DNA of 64,000 nt from Candidatus Moraniibacteriota bacterium (GTDB lineage Bacteria > Patescibacteriota > Minisyncoccia > Moranbacterales > UBA1568). The translations under genes and the position numbers were made by a program. Below, piece after piece: positions 30,132 through 39,337 of this stretch; positions within the stretch are counted from its first letter, which is position 1; the number at the start of each line of letters is the position of its first letter. Below the pieces are notes generated by a model, which did no database searches, was not told the origin of the DNA, and saw only the letters and a list, made by a program, of their open reading frames with translations. The stretch is taken from the NCBI GenBank assembly GCA_013334575.1, contig JAAXXG010000002.1:69377-133376 (forward strand), given 5' to 3'.

Positions 30132-30662
30132 ATGCCGCTTCACCCGTTCTCCGACGACATCGTCTTCCTCGATGCCGAATTCACGTCGCTTGATCCGTAT
30201 ACGGGAGAGATCCTGTCCGTCGCGCTCGTGAAGCCTGACGGTTCGGAGCTCTACCTCGAGATAGACCGCGACCCCGGAACACTGAGTCCCTGGGTCGCCG
30301 AGCACGTCCTCCCCTTCCTCGACGGGCCGCGTGTCGCGCCGGACGACGCCGTGATAAGGATCAGGGATTTCGTCGGTGCCGACGAGCCGTTTCCCGTCTC
30401 GTTCGTCACCCCGTACGACACCGTCTTCCTCCGCAAACTCGTTCCCGAATCGGCATGGCCGTTCCGACGGTATCCGATCGATTTCGCCGCCCTGCTCTTC
30501 GCGTCCGGCCTCGATCCGGCGAATCTCCTCGAGAACGACCGGATCCTCTCCGAAAAGATCGGGGTCGCGCCGTCGGAACACCGTCGCATGCACCATGCAC
30601 TCAACGACGCGCAGCTCCTCCGCGACGCCTACGGAAAATTCTTCCGATACCTGGCGGACTGA
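30132..30662 (+). CDS. 3'-5' exonuclease, DEDDh (DnaQ-like) family
   Basis: Exo I FLDAEFT, an Exo II-like region and Exo III HHALNDA. Start taken at MPLHPF. Confidence 0.65.
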   Translation: MPLHPFSDDIVFLDAEFTSLDPYTGEILSVALVKPDGSELYLEIDRDPGTLSPWVAEHVLPFLDGPRVAPDDAVIRIRDFVGADEPFPVSFVTPYDTVFLRKLVPESAWPFRRYPIDFAALLFASGLDPANLLENDRILSEKIGVAPSEHRRMHHALNDAQLLRDAYGKFFRYLAD

Positions 30663-30713
30663 ACGAAACCGGCCGATACCGCCGCAATCCCGGAGCAAAA
30701 GAATCCGGCCTTC

Positions 30714-31406
30714 CTATCGCAACAGGTTCCGGTTCACGTTCTCCGGAACCGAATAGAAGACCGGTTTGAAACTCATGCGGTGAATCGGACACGCCCCGAG
30801 ACGACGCAGGGCGTCCATATGCTCCTTGGTCCCGTATCCCTTGTGTTTCGCGAACCCGTACGCCGGATAGAGCGCGTCGTATTCGAGCATCATCCGGTCG
30901 CGTGTCACCTTGGCGACGATCGACGCGGCCGCGATCGACCGTACGCTCGCGTCCCCTCCGACGACCGTCTCCTGCCGCACCGAGAGATTCGGAATCATCT
31001 GATTCCCGTCGACCAGAAGCAGAAGGTCGTCCGTCGCAAGACCGGTTTCCTCCGCTTTCCGCCGAAAGTCGGACAAGGCCTCCTTCATGGCGAGGAACGT
31101 CGCCTCCAGGATATTCATCCGGTCGATCGTCTCGGCGGAAACGATTCCGACCCCCACCACGAAACGGTCCCGTACGAAAGCGAGCGCCTTCTCACGCTGC
31201 TTCTCGGAGAGTTTCTTCGAATCCCGGACGAGTTTCCATTCCTTTTCCGTTTCCGTATCGATCGGAGCGAAGTCCTGTTTCCTGAACGCGGCGACCGCCG
31301 CCACGACCGGCCCGGCCAACGGCCCGCGCCCAGCCTCGTCGATCCCGACGATACAGGTCGCTCCGTCACGCCGTCGACTCCGTTCAAACTCGAATACGCT
31401 TTCCAT
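30714..31406 (-). CDS. rnhB: ribonuclease HII
   Basis: IVGIDEAGRGPLAGPVV catalytic motif. Start MESVFEF at rc ATG 31404-31406. Confidence 0.85.
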   Translation of the reverse strand: MESVFEFERSRRRDGATCIVGIDEAGRGPLAGPVVAAVAAFRKQDFAPIDTETEKEWKLVRDSKKLSEKQREKALAFVRDRFVVGVGIVSAETIDRMNILEATFLAMKEALSDFRRKAEETGLATDDLLLLVDGNQMIPNLSVRQETVVGGDASVRSIAAASIVAKVTRDRMMLEYDALYPAYGFAKHKGYGTKEHMDALRRLGACPIHRMSFKPVFYSVPENVNRNLLR

Positions 31407-31460
31407 ACAGGGAAGATACGATTTCTCACATTCTACCGTCACCAGTTTCCGAATGCGATA

Positions 31461-31489
31461 TTGACATAGTTATTACAATATTTTATAAC
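31461..31489 (+). promoter_or_regulatory. candidate sigma70-type promoter
   Basis: TTGACA-17 nt-TATAAC upstream of 31536..32207. Confidence 0.35.
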
Positions 31490-31535
31490 AGGAATTCACT
31501 CTTTCCCAATCTTTCCCAACCAAAATCATCCGACC

Positions 31536-32207
31536 ATGCCGTTCAAAGAATACCTTATTGACCGGTCACTGCTCCCGGAGCCGTATTCCACGGCACAAAA
31601 AGCGGAAACGTACGATTGCATCGTTCCGCAGGCGTACAGCAGAAACGGCTACCCGAATTCGGCGCTCCACGAGATCCACTGCGAGAGGGTCGAGCACGGA
31701 TCCGATATCGCCATGTTCCAGTGGTTGCAAGAACAAGCCTTCGAACCCGGCCAGCCAAACCGGTTCATCTCGGAGTCCTGTTATCAGGCAGCGGAGCTCC
31801 TCGGCCGGCACGTTCCGGTCATCGGGCAGTGGGAGGTCATGTTCGCCCTCTGGAAAGCGTATCCGCAATGGTACGAGTCCAATACGGACGCTCTGGTCGC
31901 CATCTGGCCGGCGGAATGCGGCAGGCAAAATACCTACGAGCTTCTCCTGGAGGCGAGGGAGGTCTGCAAGACACGAAACGTATCCGTGCCGCTCATCCCC
32001 GCCGCACCGCAGCATACGCCAAGGACGTTCTTCCTCGCGAAGAAGATCTTCGGCACCTCGCCGGCGGTCGTAAAACGGTATCCGGATGAAGATCCGAATC
32101 ATTGGTACGACCCCAAATCGGTCCAATGGCAGACCCGATCGGAGAGGCTCTGGCTCCTCTACGAGTCACTCTCCCGGATCCACCATCACCTGTTCGGATG
32201 GCTCTGA
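31536..32207 (+). CDS. hypothetical protein
   Basis: 223-aa Trp-rich ORF with no recognisable motifs. Followed by a terminator. Confidence 0.4.
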   Translation: MPFKEYLIDRSLLPEPYSTAQKAETYDCIVPQAYSRNGYPNSALHEIHCERVEHGSDIAMFQWLQEQAFEPGQPNRFISESCYQAAELLGRHVPVIGQWEVMFALWKAYPQWYESNTDALVAIWPAECGRQNTYELLLEAREVCKTRNVSVPLIPAAPQHTPRTFFLAKKIFGTSPAVVKRYPDEDPNHWYDPKSVQWQTRSERLWLLYESLSRIHHHLFGWL

Positions 32208-32215
32208 ACCGAAAG

Positions 32216-32251
32216 AAGGCTTGCGAAAACCGCGAGCCTTTCTTTCTTTTT
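32216..32251 (+). terminator. intrinsic terminator
   Basis: aaggcttgcg aaaacc gcgagcctt hairpin followed by TCTTTCTTTTT. Confidence 0.5.
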
Positions 32252-32540
32252 CAGCCGTCTGCTATACTGTCCCCGTAACCCCTTCCCCGCGGAATCCAGG
32301 GCGCAAGCCGGAGCACGGGGGAAGCAAAAACCTATGAACTCCGTCATCCGATCTTATCGAGCGTCTCTTCCCGTCGGGACAGGCGTTTTTTGTTCGCCAA
32401 AACCAAGTAGCGCACCCGCTCCGTCATCACCCCCGGTTTCAAAATTCGAAATTCGCGTCGGTCGTTCAACCTTATAGGCATTCGACCTTCCATTGCTACC
32501 GTTTTCTGTTTACTGTTCCCTGTTGATTGCTGACTGCCTT

Positions 32541-35500
32541 ATGTCCGATTTCGTCCACCTCCACGTCCGGTCGCACTATTCGCTCCTCAACGCCCTCCCG
32601 AAAATCGAGGGGCTCATCGCCGAGGCGAAAAAGTATGGCATGGACGCGCTTGCGCTCACCGACACATCCAACATGTACGGCGCGGTCGAGTTCTACGTGC
32701 GCTGCAAGGACGCCGGCCTAAAGGCGATCATCGGGACCGAGCTGCACGTCGTGAAGGATCATACGAGCCGGACGCCGTCGGCCGACGACCGGCCGCGCAA
32801 CACGATCGTCCTGCTCGCGACGAACGAAACCGGCTATCACAACCTCCTCGAACTCGTCTCGAAGGCGCAGCTCGACGGCTTCTACTACAAGGCCCGCGTC
32901 GACAAGAACCTCCTCAGGCAGCATCACGAGGGGCTCATCGCGCTTTCCGGCAACATGACCGGCGAGATTCCGGCGAACCTCATCTACGACAACTACGAGG
33001 CCGCCAAGGCCGCGGCGATCGACTACCGGGACATCTTCGGGGAGGACAACTTCTTCCTCGAGCTCGGTCCGAACATCGAATACGAGAGTCAGGCGACCGT
33101 CAACGCGGGACTCCGACAGATCCACGAGGAAACCGGCATCCCGCTCGTTGCGGCGAGCGACGTCACCTACCTCCGACCGGAAGACCGCGACACGCACGAC
33201 ATCCTCCTGTGCATCCAGAACAACTGGACCGTCGCGCAGGAGAACCGGCCGCGCATGACACATCTCGACCTCTCTTTCCGCAGTCCCGAGGAGATGGAAA
33301 TCCTCTTCCGCGACTACCCCGATGCGATCGCGAACACGAGGCGCATCGCCGACCGCTGCGACCTGAAGATCAAACTCGGCGAGACGCAGCTTCCGCACTT
33401 CGACGTGCCGGAAGGACTGACCGCCGACTCGTATCTCAGACAGCTTTGCGAGGAGGGACTCGTGAAACGGTACGGGACGACGGACGTGGACCAGACCCAC
33501 CGGCAGCGGCTCGACTACGAACTGGACGTTATCGAGAAGACCGGCTTCGCGTCGTACTTCCTCATCGTCGCCGACTTCGTGAACTGGGCCAAAAAAAACG
33601 GGGTCGTCGTCGGACCGGGCCGTGGTTCGGCCGCCGGTTCGTTCGTCGCGTACCTGACCGAGATCACCAACATCGACCCTATCAAGTACGATCTTCTCTT
33701 CGAGCGGTTCCTCAATCCGGAACGTATCTCGATGCCGGACGTCGACATGGACTTCGCCGACGACCGACGCGACGCGGTGCTCGAATACGTCCGTCAGCGA
33801 TACGGCCGCGACCACGTCGCGCAGATCATCACCTTCGGGACGATGGCCGCCAAGGCCGCCATCCGCGACACCGGCCGGGCACTCGGATTCCCCTACGCCT
33901 TCTGCGACCAGATCTCGAAACTCATCCCGATGTTCACGTCGCTGTCGAAGGCCGTGGAAGAGGTCCCCGACCTCAAGGCGCTTTACGACGGAAACCCGGA
34001 CGCGAGACGCATCATCGACACCGCCAAGAAACTCGAGGGCAACGCGCGCCACGCCTCGGTCCACGCCTGCGGCGTCGTCATCACCAAGGATCCCGTCACC
34101 GCCTACTCGCCGCTCCAGAAGGTCGCGGGCCACGGCGACGCGGCCGTGACGCAGTACGCCTCGCAGTCCAAACTCTCCGCGGTGGAGAAGATCGGCCTTC
34201 TCAAGATGGACTTCCTCGGCCTCAAGAACCTCACGATCATCCAGAACACCGTCCGCATCATCCGCGCACTCGGGAAGTTCCCGGACCTCGCGGAGCGACT
34301 CGGGATCGACCCGGAGAAAGGCTCGGCCGCGGACGTGATGGACCGGATCCCGCTCGACGACGAGGCGACCTACCGGCTGCTCCAGGAAGCCCGCACGACT
34401 GGCGTGTTCCAGCTGGAAAGTAACGGGATGAAACGCTATCTCAAGCAGCTCAAGCCGACCGTCTTCGAAGACATCGTCGCGATGGTCGCCCTCTACCGTC
34501 CGGGGCCGATGGAGTGGATCCCCGACTTCATCGACGGCAAACACGGCCGGAAGGTCGTGGAATACCTGCACCCCAAGCTCGAGCCGATCCTCCGCAACAC
34601 CTACGGGGTCGCCGTCTATCAGGAACAGGTCATGCAGATCGCGCGCGACCTGGCCGGATTCACCCTCGGCGAGGCGGACGTGCTCCGCAAGGCCATGGGA
34701 AAGAAGATCAAGGAGCTCATCGCCGAGCAACGCGAGAAGTTCATCGAGCGCGCCGTACAGGAGGGCGTACAGAAGAAGATCGCCGAACAGGTCTTCGCCT
34801 TCATCGAACCGTTCGCCGGATACGGGTTCAACCGCTCCCACGCCGCCTGCTACGCGCTCGTCGGCTACCAGACCGCCTTCCTCAAGGCACACTACCCCGC
34901 CGAATTCATGGCCGCGCTCCTTACGAGCGACCAGAACGACACCGACCGTATCGCCATCGAGGTCGAGGAAACACGCCAGATCGGCGTCGAGGTACTCCCG
35001 CCGGACGTGAACGAAAGTTTCGAGGACTTCGCCGTCATCAAGGGGGACGACGAGAAGGAACGCATCCGGTTCGGTCTCAACGCCATCAAGAACGTGGGAC
35101 GCCCCGCCGCCGAAGAGATCGTCCGCGTCCGCAAACAAGACGGGCCGTTCGCCTCGATGGAAGACCTGCTCGAACGGGTCCGCGTAAAAGACCTGAACAA
35201 GAAGTCGCTCGAAGCGCTCTCCAAGGTCGGCGCGCTCGACCGGTTCGGAGAGCGGAATCTTCTCCTCGAGAACCTCGACGCGATCATCTCCTTCGCCAAG
35301 AATATCGACAAGATCAAGGACACCCACCAGGACAGCCTCTTCGGCGGGATGACGCTCGAGAAGCCGGTCATACGCTTCACGCCACCCGGACGTCCCGCGA
35401 CGAAGAAGGAACGTCTCTCGTGGGAGAAGCAGCTCATCGGCCTCTACATCACCGACCACCCCGTCTCCGACTACGAAGACTACCTGCGCGAGATAGCCCG

Positions 35501-36098
35501 TCCGGTCCGAGACCTCGAGACGCTGCCTGACGGCGCCCAGGTCCGCATAGGCGGCGTGGTCGCGACGGTCCGCAAGATCCTCTCCAAGAACGGACAGCCG
35601 ATGTTCTTCGTCGGGGTCGAGGACCTCACCGGCCGGATCGAGGTCGTCGTCTTCCCCCGGGTCGCCGCCGAGACCGAATCGCTCTGGGTCGAGGACAGCC
35701 TCGTCATCGTGGACGGGAAGGTGAACCGCAAGGACGGTATGACCAAGGTCATGGCCGATACCGGCAGCCGCCTTGACGAGACGGAGATAGCCCGATACCG
35801 TTCGATCAAGCTCACGAGGAAGCGCCACGAACGCCCGAGGGCGGAATCTTCCGCGACCGGTCAGGAGAAGGCCGCCACGCCTCCGGAACGTCGCTACACG
35901 CTCGTCCTCGACGAGGCATCGGCATCGGAAGCGCTCAACCGTCTCTCCGAGGAGCTCGGCCGACTCCCGAAAGGCGAGGACCGCATCTTCCTCCGAGTCG
36001 CCGGAAAACTGATCCGGACCGCCTACGCCGTAACGCTCGACGACGCGGCAAAGGACCGCCTCGCCCGGATTCCCGGAGCGCGGAGTGCCGAAGGATAG
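32541..36098 (+). CDS. dnaE: DNA polymerase III alpha subunit
   Basis: PHP domain N-terminus (HLHVRSHYSLL), polymerase core and OB fold. 1185 aa from MSDFVHLH. Confidence 0.9.
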   Translation: MSDFVHLHVRSHYSLLNALPKIEGLIAEAKKYGMDALALTDTSNMYGAVEFYVRCKDAGLKAIIGTELHVVKDHTSRTPSADDRPRNTIVLLATNETGYHNLLELVSKAQLDGFYYKARVDKNLLRQHHEGLIALSGNMTGEIPANLIYDNYEAAKAAAIDYRDIFGEDNFFLELGPNIEYESQATVNAGLRQIHEETGIPLVAASDVTYLRPEDRDTHDILLCIQNNWTVAQENRPRMTHLDLSFRSPEEMEILFRDYPDAIANTRRIADRCDLKIKLGETQLPHFDVPEGLTADSYLRQLCEEGLVKRYGTTDVDQTHRQRLDYELDVIEKTGFASYFLIVADFVNWAKKNGVVVGPGRGSAAGSFVAYLTEITNIDPIKYDLLFERFLNPERISMPDVDMDFADDRRDAVLEYVRQRYGRDHVAQIITFGTMAAKAAIRDTGRALGFPYAFCDQISKLIPMFTSLSKAVEEVPDLKALYDGNPDARRIIDTAKKLEGNARHASVHACGVVITKDPVTAYSPLQKVAGHGDAAVTQYASQSKLSAVEKIGLLKMDFLGLKNLTIIQNTVRIIRALGKFPDLAERLGIDPEKGSAADVMDRIPLDDEATYRLLQEARTTGVFQLESNGMKRYLKQLKPTVFEDIVAMVALYRPGPMEWIPDFIDGKHGRKVVEYLHPKLEPILRNTYGVAVYQEQVMQIARDLAGFTLGEADVLRKAMGKKIKELIAEQREKFIERAVQEGVQKKIAEQVFAFIEPFAGYGFNRSHAACYALVGYQTAFLKAHYPAEFMAALLTSDQNDTDRIAIEVEETRQIGVEVLPPDVNESFEDFAVIKGDDEKERIRFGLNAIKNVGRPAAEEIVRVRKQDGPFASMEDLLERVRVKDLNKKSLEALSKVGALDRFGERNLLLENLDAIISFAKNIDKIKDTHQDSLFGGMTLEKPVIRFTPPGRPATKKERLSWEKQLIGLYITDHPVSDYEDYLREIARPVRDLETLPDGAQVRIGGVVATVRKILSKNGQPMFFVGVEDLTGRIEVVVFPRVAAETESLWVEDSLVIVDGKVNRKDGMTKVMADTGSRLDETEIARYRSIKLTRKRHERPRAESSATGQEKAATPPERRYTLVLDEASASEALNRLSEELGRLPKGEDRIFLRVAGKLIRTAYAVTLDDAAKDRLARIPGARSAEG

Positions 36099-36123
36099 GC
36101 CGCCGGAAACGCAAGACGAACCT

Positions 36124-37050
36124 ATGGAAACGATCGTCGTGGTCGGACCGACCGCGTCGGGAAAATCCGACTATGCCATCTCGCTCGCGCGCGAGACCGG
36201 CGGAGAGATCGTCTCCGCCGATTCGCGGCAGGTCTACCGCGGGATGAATATCGGCACCGGGAAGGTTCCCAGAGATACGTTCAATGTAGAGACGGGGCAT
36301 ACCCCGTCTCTACGGAATGACATTTCGTATATCTCCGGCGGTATCCGGCATCACCTTCTCGACGTCGCCTCGCCGAAACGGACCTATACCGTCACGCATT
36401 TCCTCCGTGATGCCAGGGCGGCGATCGACGACATACGGAAACGCGGCAAAACGCCCATCATCTGCGGCGGGACGAACTTCTGGATAGAGGCGCTCGTCTC
36501 CGATACCTCGTTTCCCGCGGTCAGACCCGATCCGCCCCTCCGAAAAACGCTCGGCCGACTCACCGCGCCCGAACTCTTCACGATGCTCGAGGAAAAGGAC
36601 CCCGACCGCGCGAAGACGATCGACCGTCACAATAAGGTCCGGCTCATCCGGGCACTCGAGATCGTCGCGACGCTCGGTAAAGTACCGACAAGCGGAACAA
36701 GGACTCAAGAATCAGGAATGAAGCGGGATGAGAAATTCCGATTCATCGGAGTCGATATCTCACGAGAACAGTTACGTGAAAATATCGTGAGACGACTCGA
36801 TAAGCGGCTCCGGGAAGGGATGGTCGACGAAGTACGACGGCTCCGCGAGGAAGAAGGAATCTCCTGGAAGCGCCTCGAGGGATTTGGACTCGAGTACCGC
36901 TGGTGCGCGCTGTTCCTTCAAGGAAAGATAACGGAAACGGAACTGCGCGACGGTATCACCCGCGACAGCCTCTCCTACGCCAAGCGGCAAATGACGTTTC
37001 TTCGGAAACTGGAACGAAACGGGATACGGATAGAATGGAGGAGAATTTGA
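36124..37050 (+). CDS. miaA: tRNA dimethylallyltransferase
   Basis: P-loop GPTASGKS, DSRQVYRGMNIGTGK and HHLLD motifs. Contains a 28-nt palindromic element in-frame at 36286-36313. Confidence 0.85.
   Translation: METIVVVGPTASGKSDYAISLARETGGEIVSADSRQVYRGMNIGTGKVPRDTFNVETGHTPSLRNDISYISGGIRHHLLDVASPKRTYTVTHFLRDARAAIDDIRKRGKTPIICGGTNFWIEALVSDTSFPAVRPDPPLRKTLGRLTAPELFTMLEEKDPDRAKTIDRHNKVRLIRALEIVATLGKVPTSGTRTQESGMKRDEKFRFIGVDISREQLRENIVRRLDKRLREGMVDEVRRLREEEGISWKRLEGFGLEYRWCALFLQGKITETELRDGITRDSLSYAKRQMTFLRKLERNGIRIEWRRI
36286..36313. repeat. perfect 28-nt palindromic element (REP-like), copy 1, inside the miaA coding sequence
   Basis: gtagagacggggcataccccgtctctac is translated in frame as VETGHTPSL. 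Confidence 0.75.
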
Positions 37051-37063
37051 AATATCGAATTGG

Positions 37064-37100
37064 ACAGTAAAGACGCCTCAGTGGGGCGTCTTTTATGTTT
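37064..37100. terminator. bidirectional terminator / REP-like hairpin between miaA and the RAYT gene
   Basis: aagacgcc tcagtgg ggcgtctt stem followed by TTTATGTTTGATTT. The stem core gacgcc/ggcgtc resembles copy 3 of the palindromic element. Confidence 0.5.
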
Positions 37101-37632
37101 GATTTATCGGATTCTCCTCATCCGTATCCCATTCCCGAGGATTGATACGGATATATTCCTGGATCAACCGTAGAGACTCCTCGTTCCGGATAATATGATC
37201 ATGGAATCGCGATTGCCATGAGAATCCGGATTCGGCATGCGACGCCCGGATTCTTTTCGTACAAACAGATTTGAACGACCCGACAATCGTCGCCAAAGTC
37301 GGTCGTTTTCGTGGTTCACTGTTTTCCGTAGAGACGGGGCATGCCCCGTCTCTACACGGAAGGATCTCGATGATTCCGTGAACATGATTCGGCATTACAA
37401 CAAATTCATCCGTTCGGATATCTCGAAAATGGTCCGGGATACTACCCCAGCAATCCCGGACGATTTCCCCGATTCCGGATAATGTCATCTCCCCGTTTTC
37501 GATATCGCCGAACCAGAGACACCGATCCGCGGCACAGATGGTCACGAAATATGCGCCAGGTTGGGAATAATCATATCCGGGTAAGCGTGATGATCGAATC
37601 CTGTATTTGCCTTTGTAGTTATCCGCTACCAT
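37093..37632 (-). CDS. REP-associated tyrosine transposase (RAYT, IS200/Y1 family)
   Basis: YRIRSSRLPGYDYSQPGAYFVTICAADR; HuH motif VVMPNHVHGIIEI; C-terminal WQSRFHDHIIRNEESLRLIQEYIRINPREW. Flanked by REP-like hairpins. Confidence 0.75.
   Translation of the reverse strand: MVADNYKGKYRIRSSRLPGYDYSQPGAYFVTICAADRCLWFGDIENGEMTLSGIGEIVRDCWGSIPDHFRDIRTDEFVVMPNHVHGIIEILPCRDGACPVSTENSEPRKRPTLATIVGSFKSVCTKRIRASHAESGFSWQSRFHDHIIRNEESLRLIQEYIRINPREWDTDEENPINQT
37327..37354. repeat. 28-nt palindromic element, copy 2, inside the RAYT coding sequence
   Basis: gtagagacggggcatgccccgtctctac, read on the minus strand as CRDGACPVST. Confidence 0.75.
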
Positions 37633-37667
37633 AAACGTACATACATCATATCCGATTCCCTATAACG

Positions 37668-37696
37668 GTAGAGACGCCCCGGCGGGGCGTCTCTAC
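37668..37696. repeat. palindromic element, variant copy 3, upstream of the RAYT gene
   Basis: gtagagacgcccc ggc ggggcgtctctac has the same outer arms with an inverted inner core. Confidence 0.7.
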
Positions 37697-37721
37697 GGGA
37701 AAAGAAACAAATCAGAAAACC

Positions 37722-37795
37722 CTATCCTTTCATCTTCCCCTTCAGGATCTCCGCCACGACCTCCGGGTTGGCCTTCCCCTTCGTTTCCTTTCGGC
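37722..37795 (-). pseudogene. tandem remnant of the gatB 3' end
   Basis: The rc encodes KETKGKANPEVVAEILKGKMKG*, against KETKGKANPQVVSEILRKRLEA* for the true GatB C-terminus a few nt upstream. Confidence 0.5.
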
Positions 37796-37818
37796 CTGAG
37801 GCTGATCCGCGGTCGGAT

Positions 37819-39300
37819 CTACGCCTCCAGTCTTTTCCGGAGTATCTCGGAAACCACCTGCGGATTCGCTTTTCCTTTGGTTTCCTTCATCACCTGGCCG
37901 ATGAGGAACTGAAACGCGTTCTGCTTTCCGGCATGGTAATCCTCGACAGACTTCGCGTTCGCGGCAAGAATCGCGTCGACGATGCCTTCGAGCTCCCCCG
38001 TGTCGCTCACCTGCGCGAGATTGAGCCGGTCGATGATATGCGACGGATCGTTATCCTCGCCCTTGAGCATCTCACCGAGGACCGTCTGAGCTGCGCTCGA
38101 ATTGATTTTTCCATCGGCAATTATCACGATGAATTCCGCATAGTTCTCGGGAGTGATTCCCGACTCACTGATGGTTTTTCCGGATTCGACCAGTCGTTTT
38201 CGCAATTCGGTCACGATATAGTTCGCGGCGAGCCGGATCGCCTTCTCCTCCCCGGCGACCAACTCCTTGGAATCTTTCTTTTCTCCGATCTCGCTCACGA
38301 CCGCTTCGAAATAATCCGCGGTCGGCTTCTCGGCGGTGATCACCGAGACCGCTTCAGACGACAGTCCGTATTGCTTCGCAAACCGTTCTTCCTTGGCTGC
38401 CGGCAGTTCGGGAATGGTCAGACGGAGCGCCTCGATGTCCGCTTCCGAAAATGAGAAAGGCGGGATGTCCGGCTCGGGGAAATAGCGGTAATCGTGCGCA
38501 GACTCCTTCTTGCGCTGCGAAACGGTTTTCTGTCCGTTCTCGTCCCATCCGCGCGTCTCCTGTTCGATCTTCTCGCCCGATTCGAGCGCCTTCGTCTGTC
38601 GGGCGATCTCGTATTCGATCGCCCCGGCAACCGCCTTGAACGAGTTGAGGTTCTTCACCTCGACCTTGGTACCGGACAGCCGGTCCTCACCTTCCGCATA
38701 CAGCGAGATATTCGCCTCGCAGCGCATCTGTCCCTTTTCCATGTCCGCGTCCGAAATGTCGAGATACCGGAGGATCTGCCGAAGCTTCTGGCAGAAGAGC
38801 CGCGCGTCGGCGGCGTTGTCGATATCCGGCTCGGTCACGAGTTCCATGAGCGGCACCCCCGAACGGTTCAGGTCGACCAGGGTATGTTTGGTACCGGCGG
38901 GATGATACAGCTTGCCGGTGTCCTCCTCCATGTGGATCCGGGTGATGCCGACCGTCTTGCCCTCGCGGATCGTGAGCGCCCCCTTCCCGCAGAACGGTTC
39001 GTCGTACTGCGAGATCTGGTAGCCTTTCGGAAGATCGGGATAGAAATAGTTCTTGCGGTCGAACTTCGAGTGCCTGGCGAGTTCGCAGCCGAGCGCGAGT
39101 CCGGCCCGCTGCACCGATTCGATTGCCAGCCGGTTCGGAGTCGGAAGCGCTCCGGGCTGTGCGGTACAGACCGGGCAGATGTGTACGTTCGGTTCGGCCT
39201 CCTGTCCGAGACCGTTCCTGCACGAGCAGAACATCTTGGACTCGGTCCGAAGCTCGACATGGACCTCCATACCGATGACGGGAGTGTATTTCATAATCAT
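37819..39300 (-). CDS. gatB: Asp-tRNA(Asn)/Glu-tRNA(Gln) amidotransferase subunit B
   Basis: MIMKYTPVIGMEVHVEL N-terminus and C-terminal GatB/YqeY tail. The upstream ORF extension is Arg-rich read-through. Confidence 0.9.
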   Translation of the reverse strand: MIMKYTPVIGMEVHVELRTESKMFCSCRNGLGQEAEPNVHICPVCTAQPGALPTPNRLAIESVQRAGLALGCELARHSKFDRKNYFYPDLPKGYQISQYDEPFCGKGALTIREGKTVGITRIHMEEDTGKLYHPAGTKHTLVDLNRSGVPLMELVTEPDIDNAADARLFCQKLRQILRYLDISDADMEKGQMRCEANISLYAEGEDRLSGTKVEVKNLNSFKAVAGAIEYEIARQTKALESGEKIEQETRGWDENGQKTVSQRKKESAHDYRYFPEPDIPPFSFSEADIEALRLTIPELPAAKEERFAKQYGLSSEAVSVITAEKPTADYFEAVVSEIGEKKDSKELVAGEEKAIRLAANYIVTELRKRLVESGKTISESGITPENYAEFIVIIADGKINSSAAQTVLGEMLKGEDNDPSHIIDRLNLAQVSDTGELEGIVDAILAANAKSVEDYHAGKQNAFQFLIGQVMKETKGKANPQVVSEILRKRLEA

Positions 39301-39337
39301 ATGACAGATAGCACTGAACGGATGGCGGGGAACGGAG

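Noticed and set aside
29964-30698. N-terminal 245 aa of the 349-aa minus-strand ORF ending in thioredoxin
   Set aside because: This part is antisense to the DEDDh exonuclease gene and Arg/Glu/Asp-rich. Only the C-terminal 104-aa thioredoxin is real.
32270-32400. Possible small RNA with a terminator-like cccgtcggg…GCGTTTTTT upstream of dnaE
   Set aside because: The stem is weak (only a short GC palindrome) and no promoter is evident. Insufficient evidence.
32718-35828. 1036-aa minus-strand ORF and 404/338-aa plus-strand alternate-frame ORFs inside dnaE
   Set aside because: Alternate frames of the dnaE gene. Compositionally biased (Arg/Gly/Pro-rich). dnaE itself has clear PHP and polymerase motifs.
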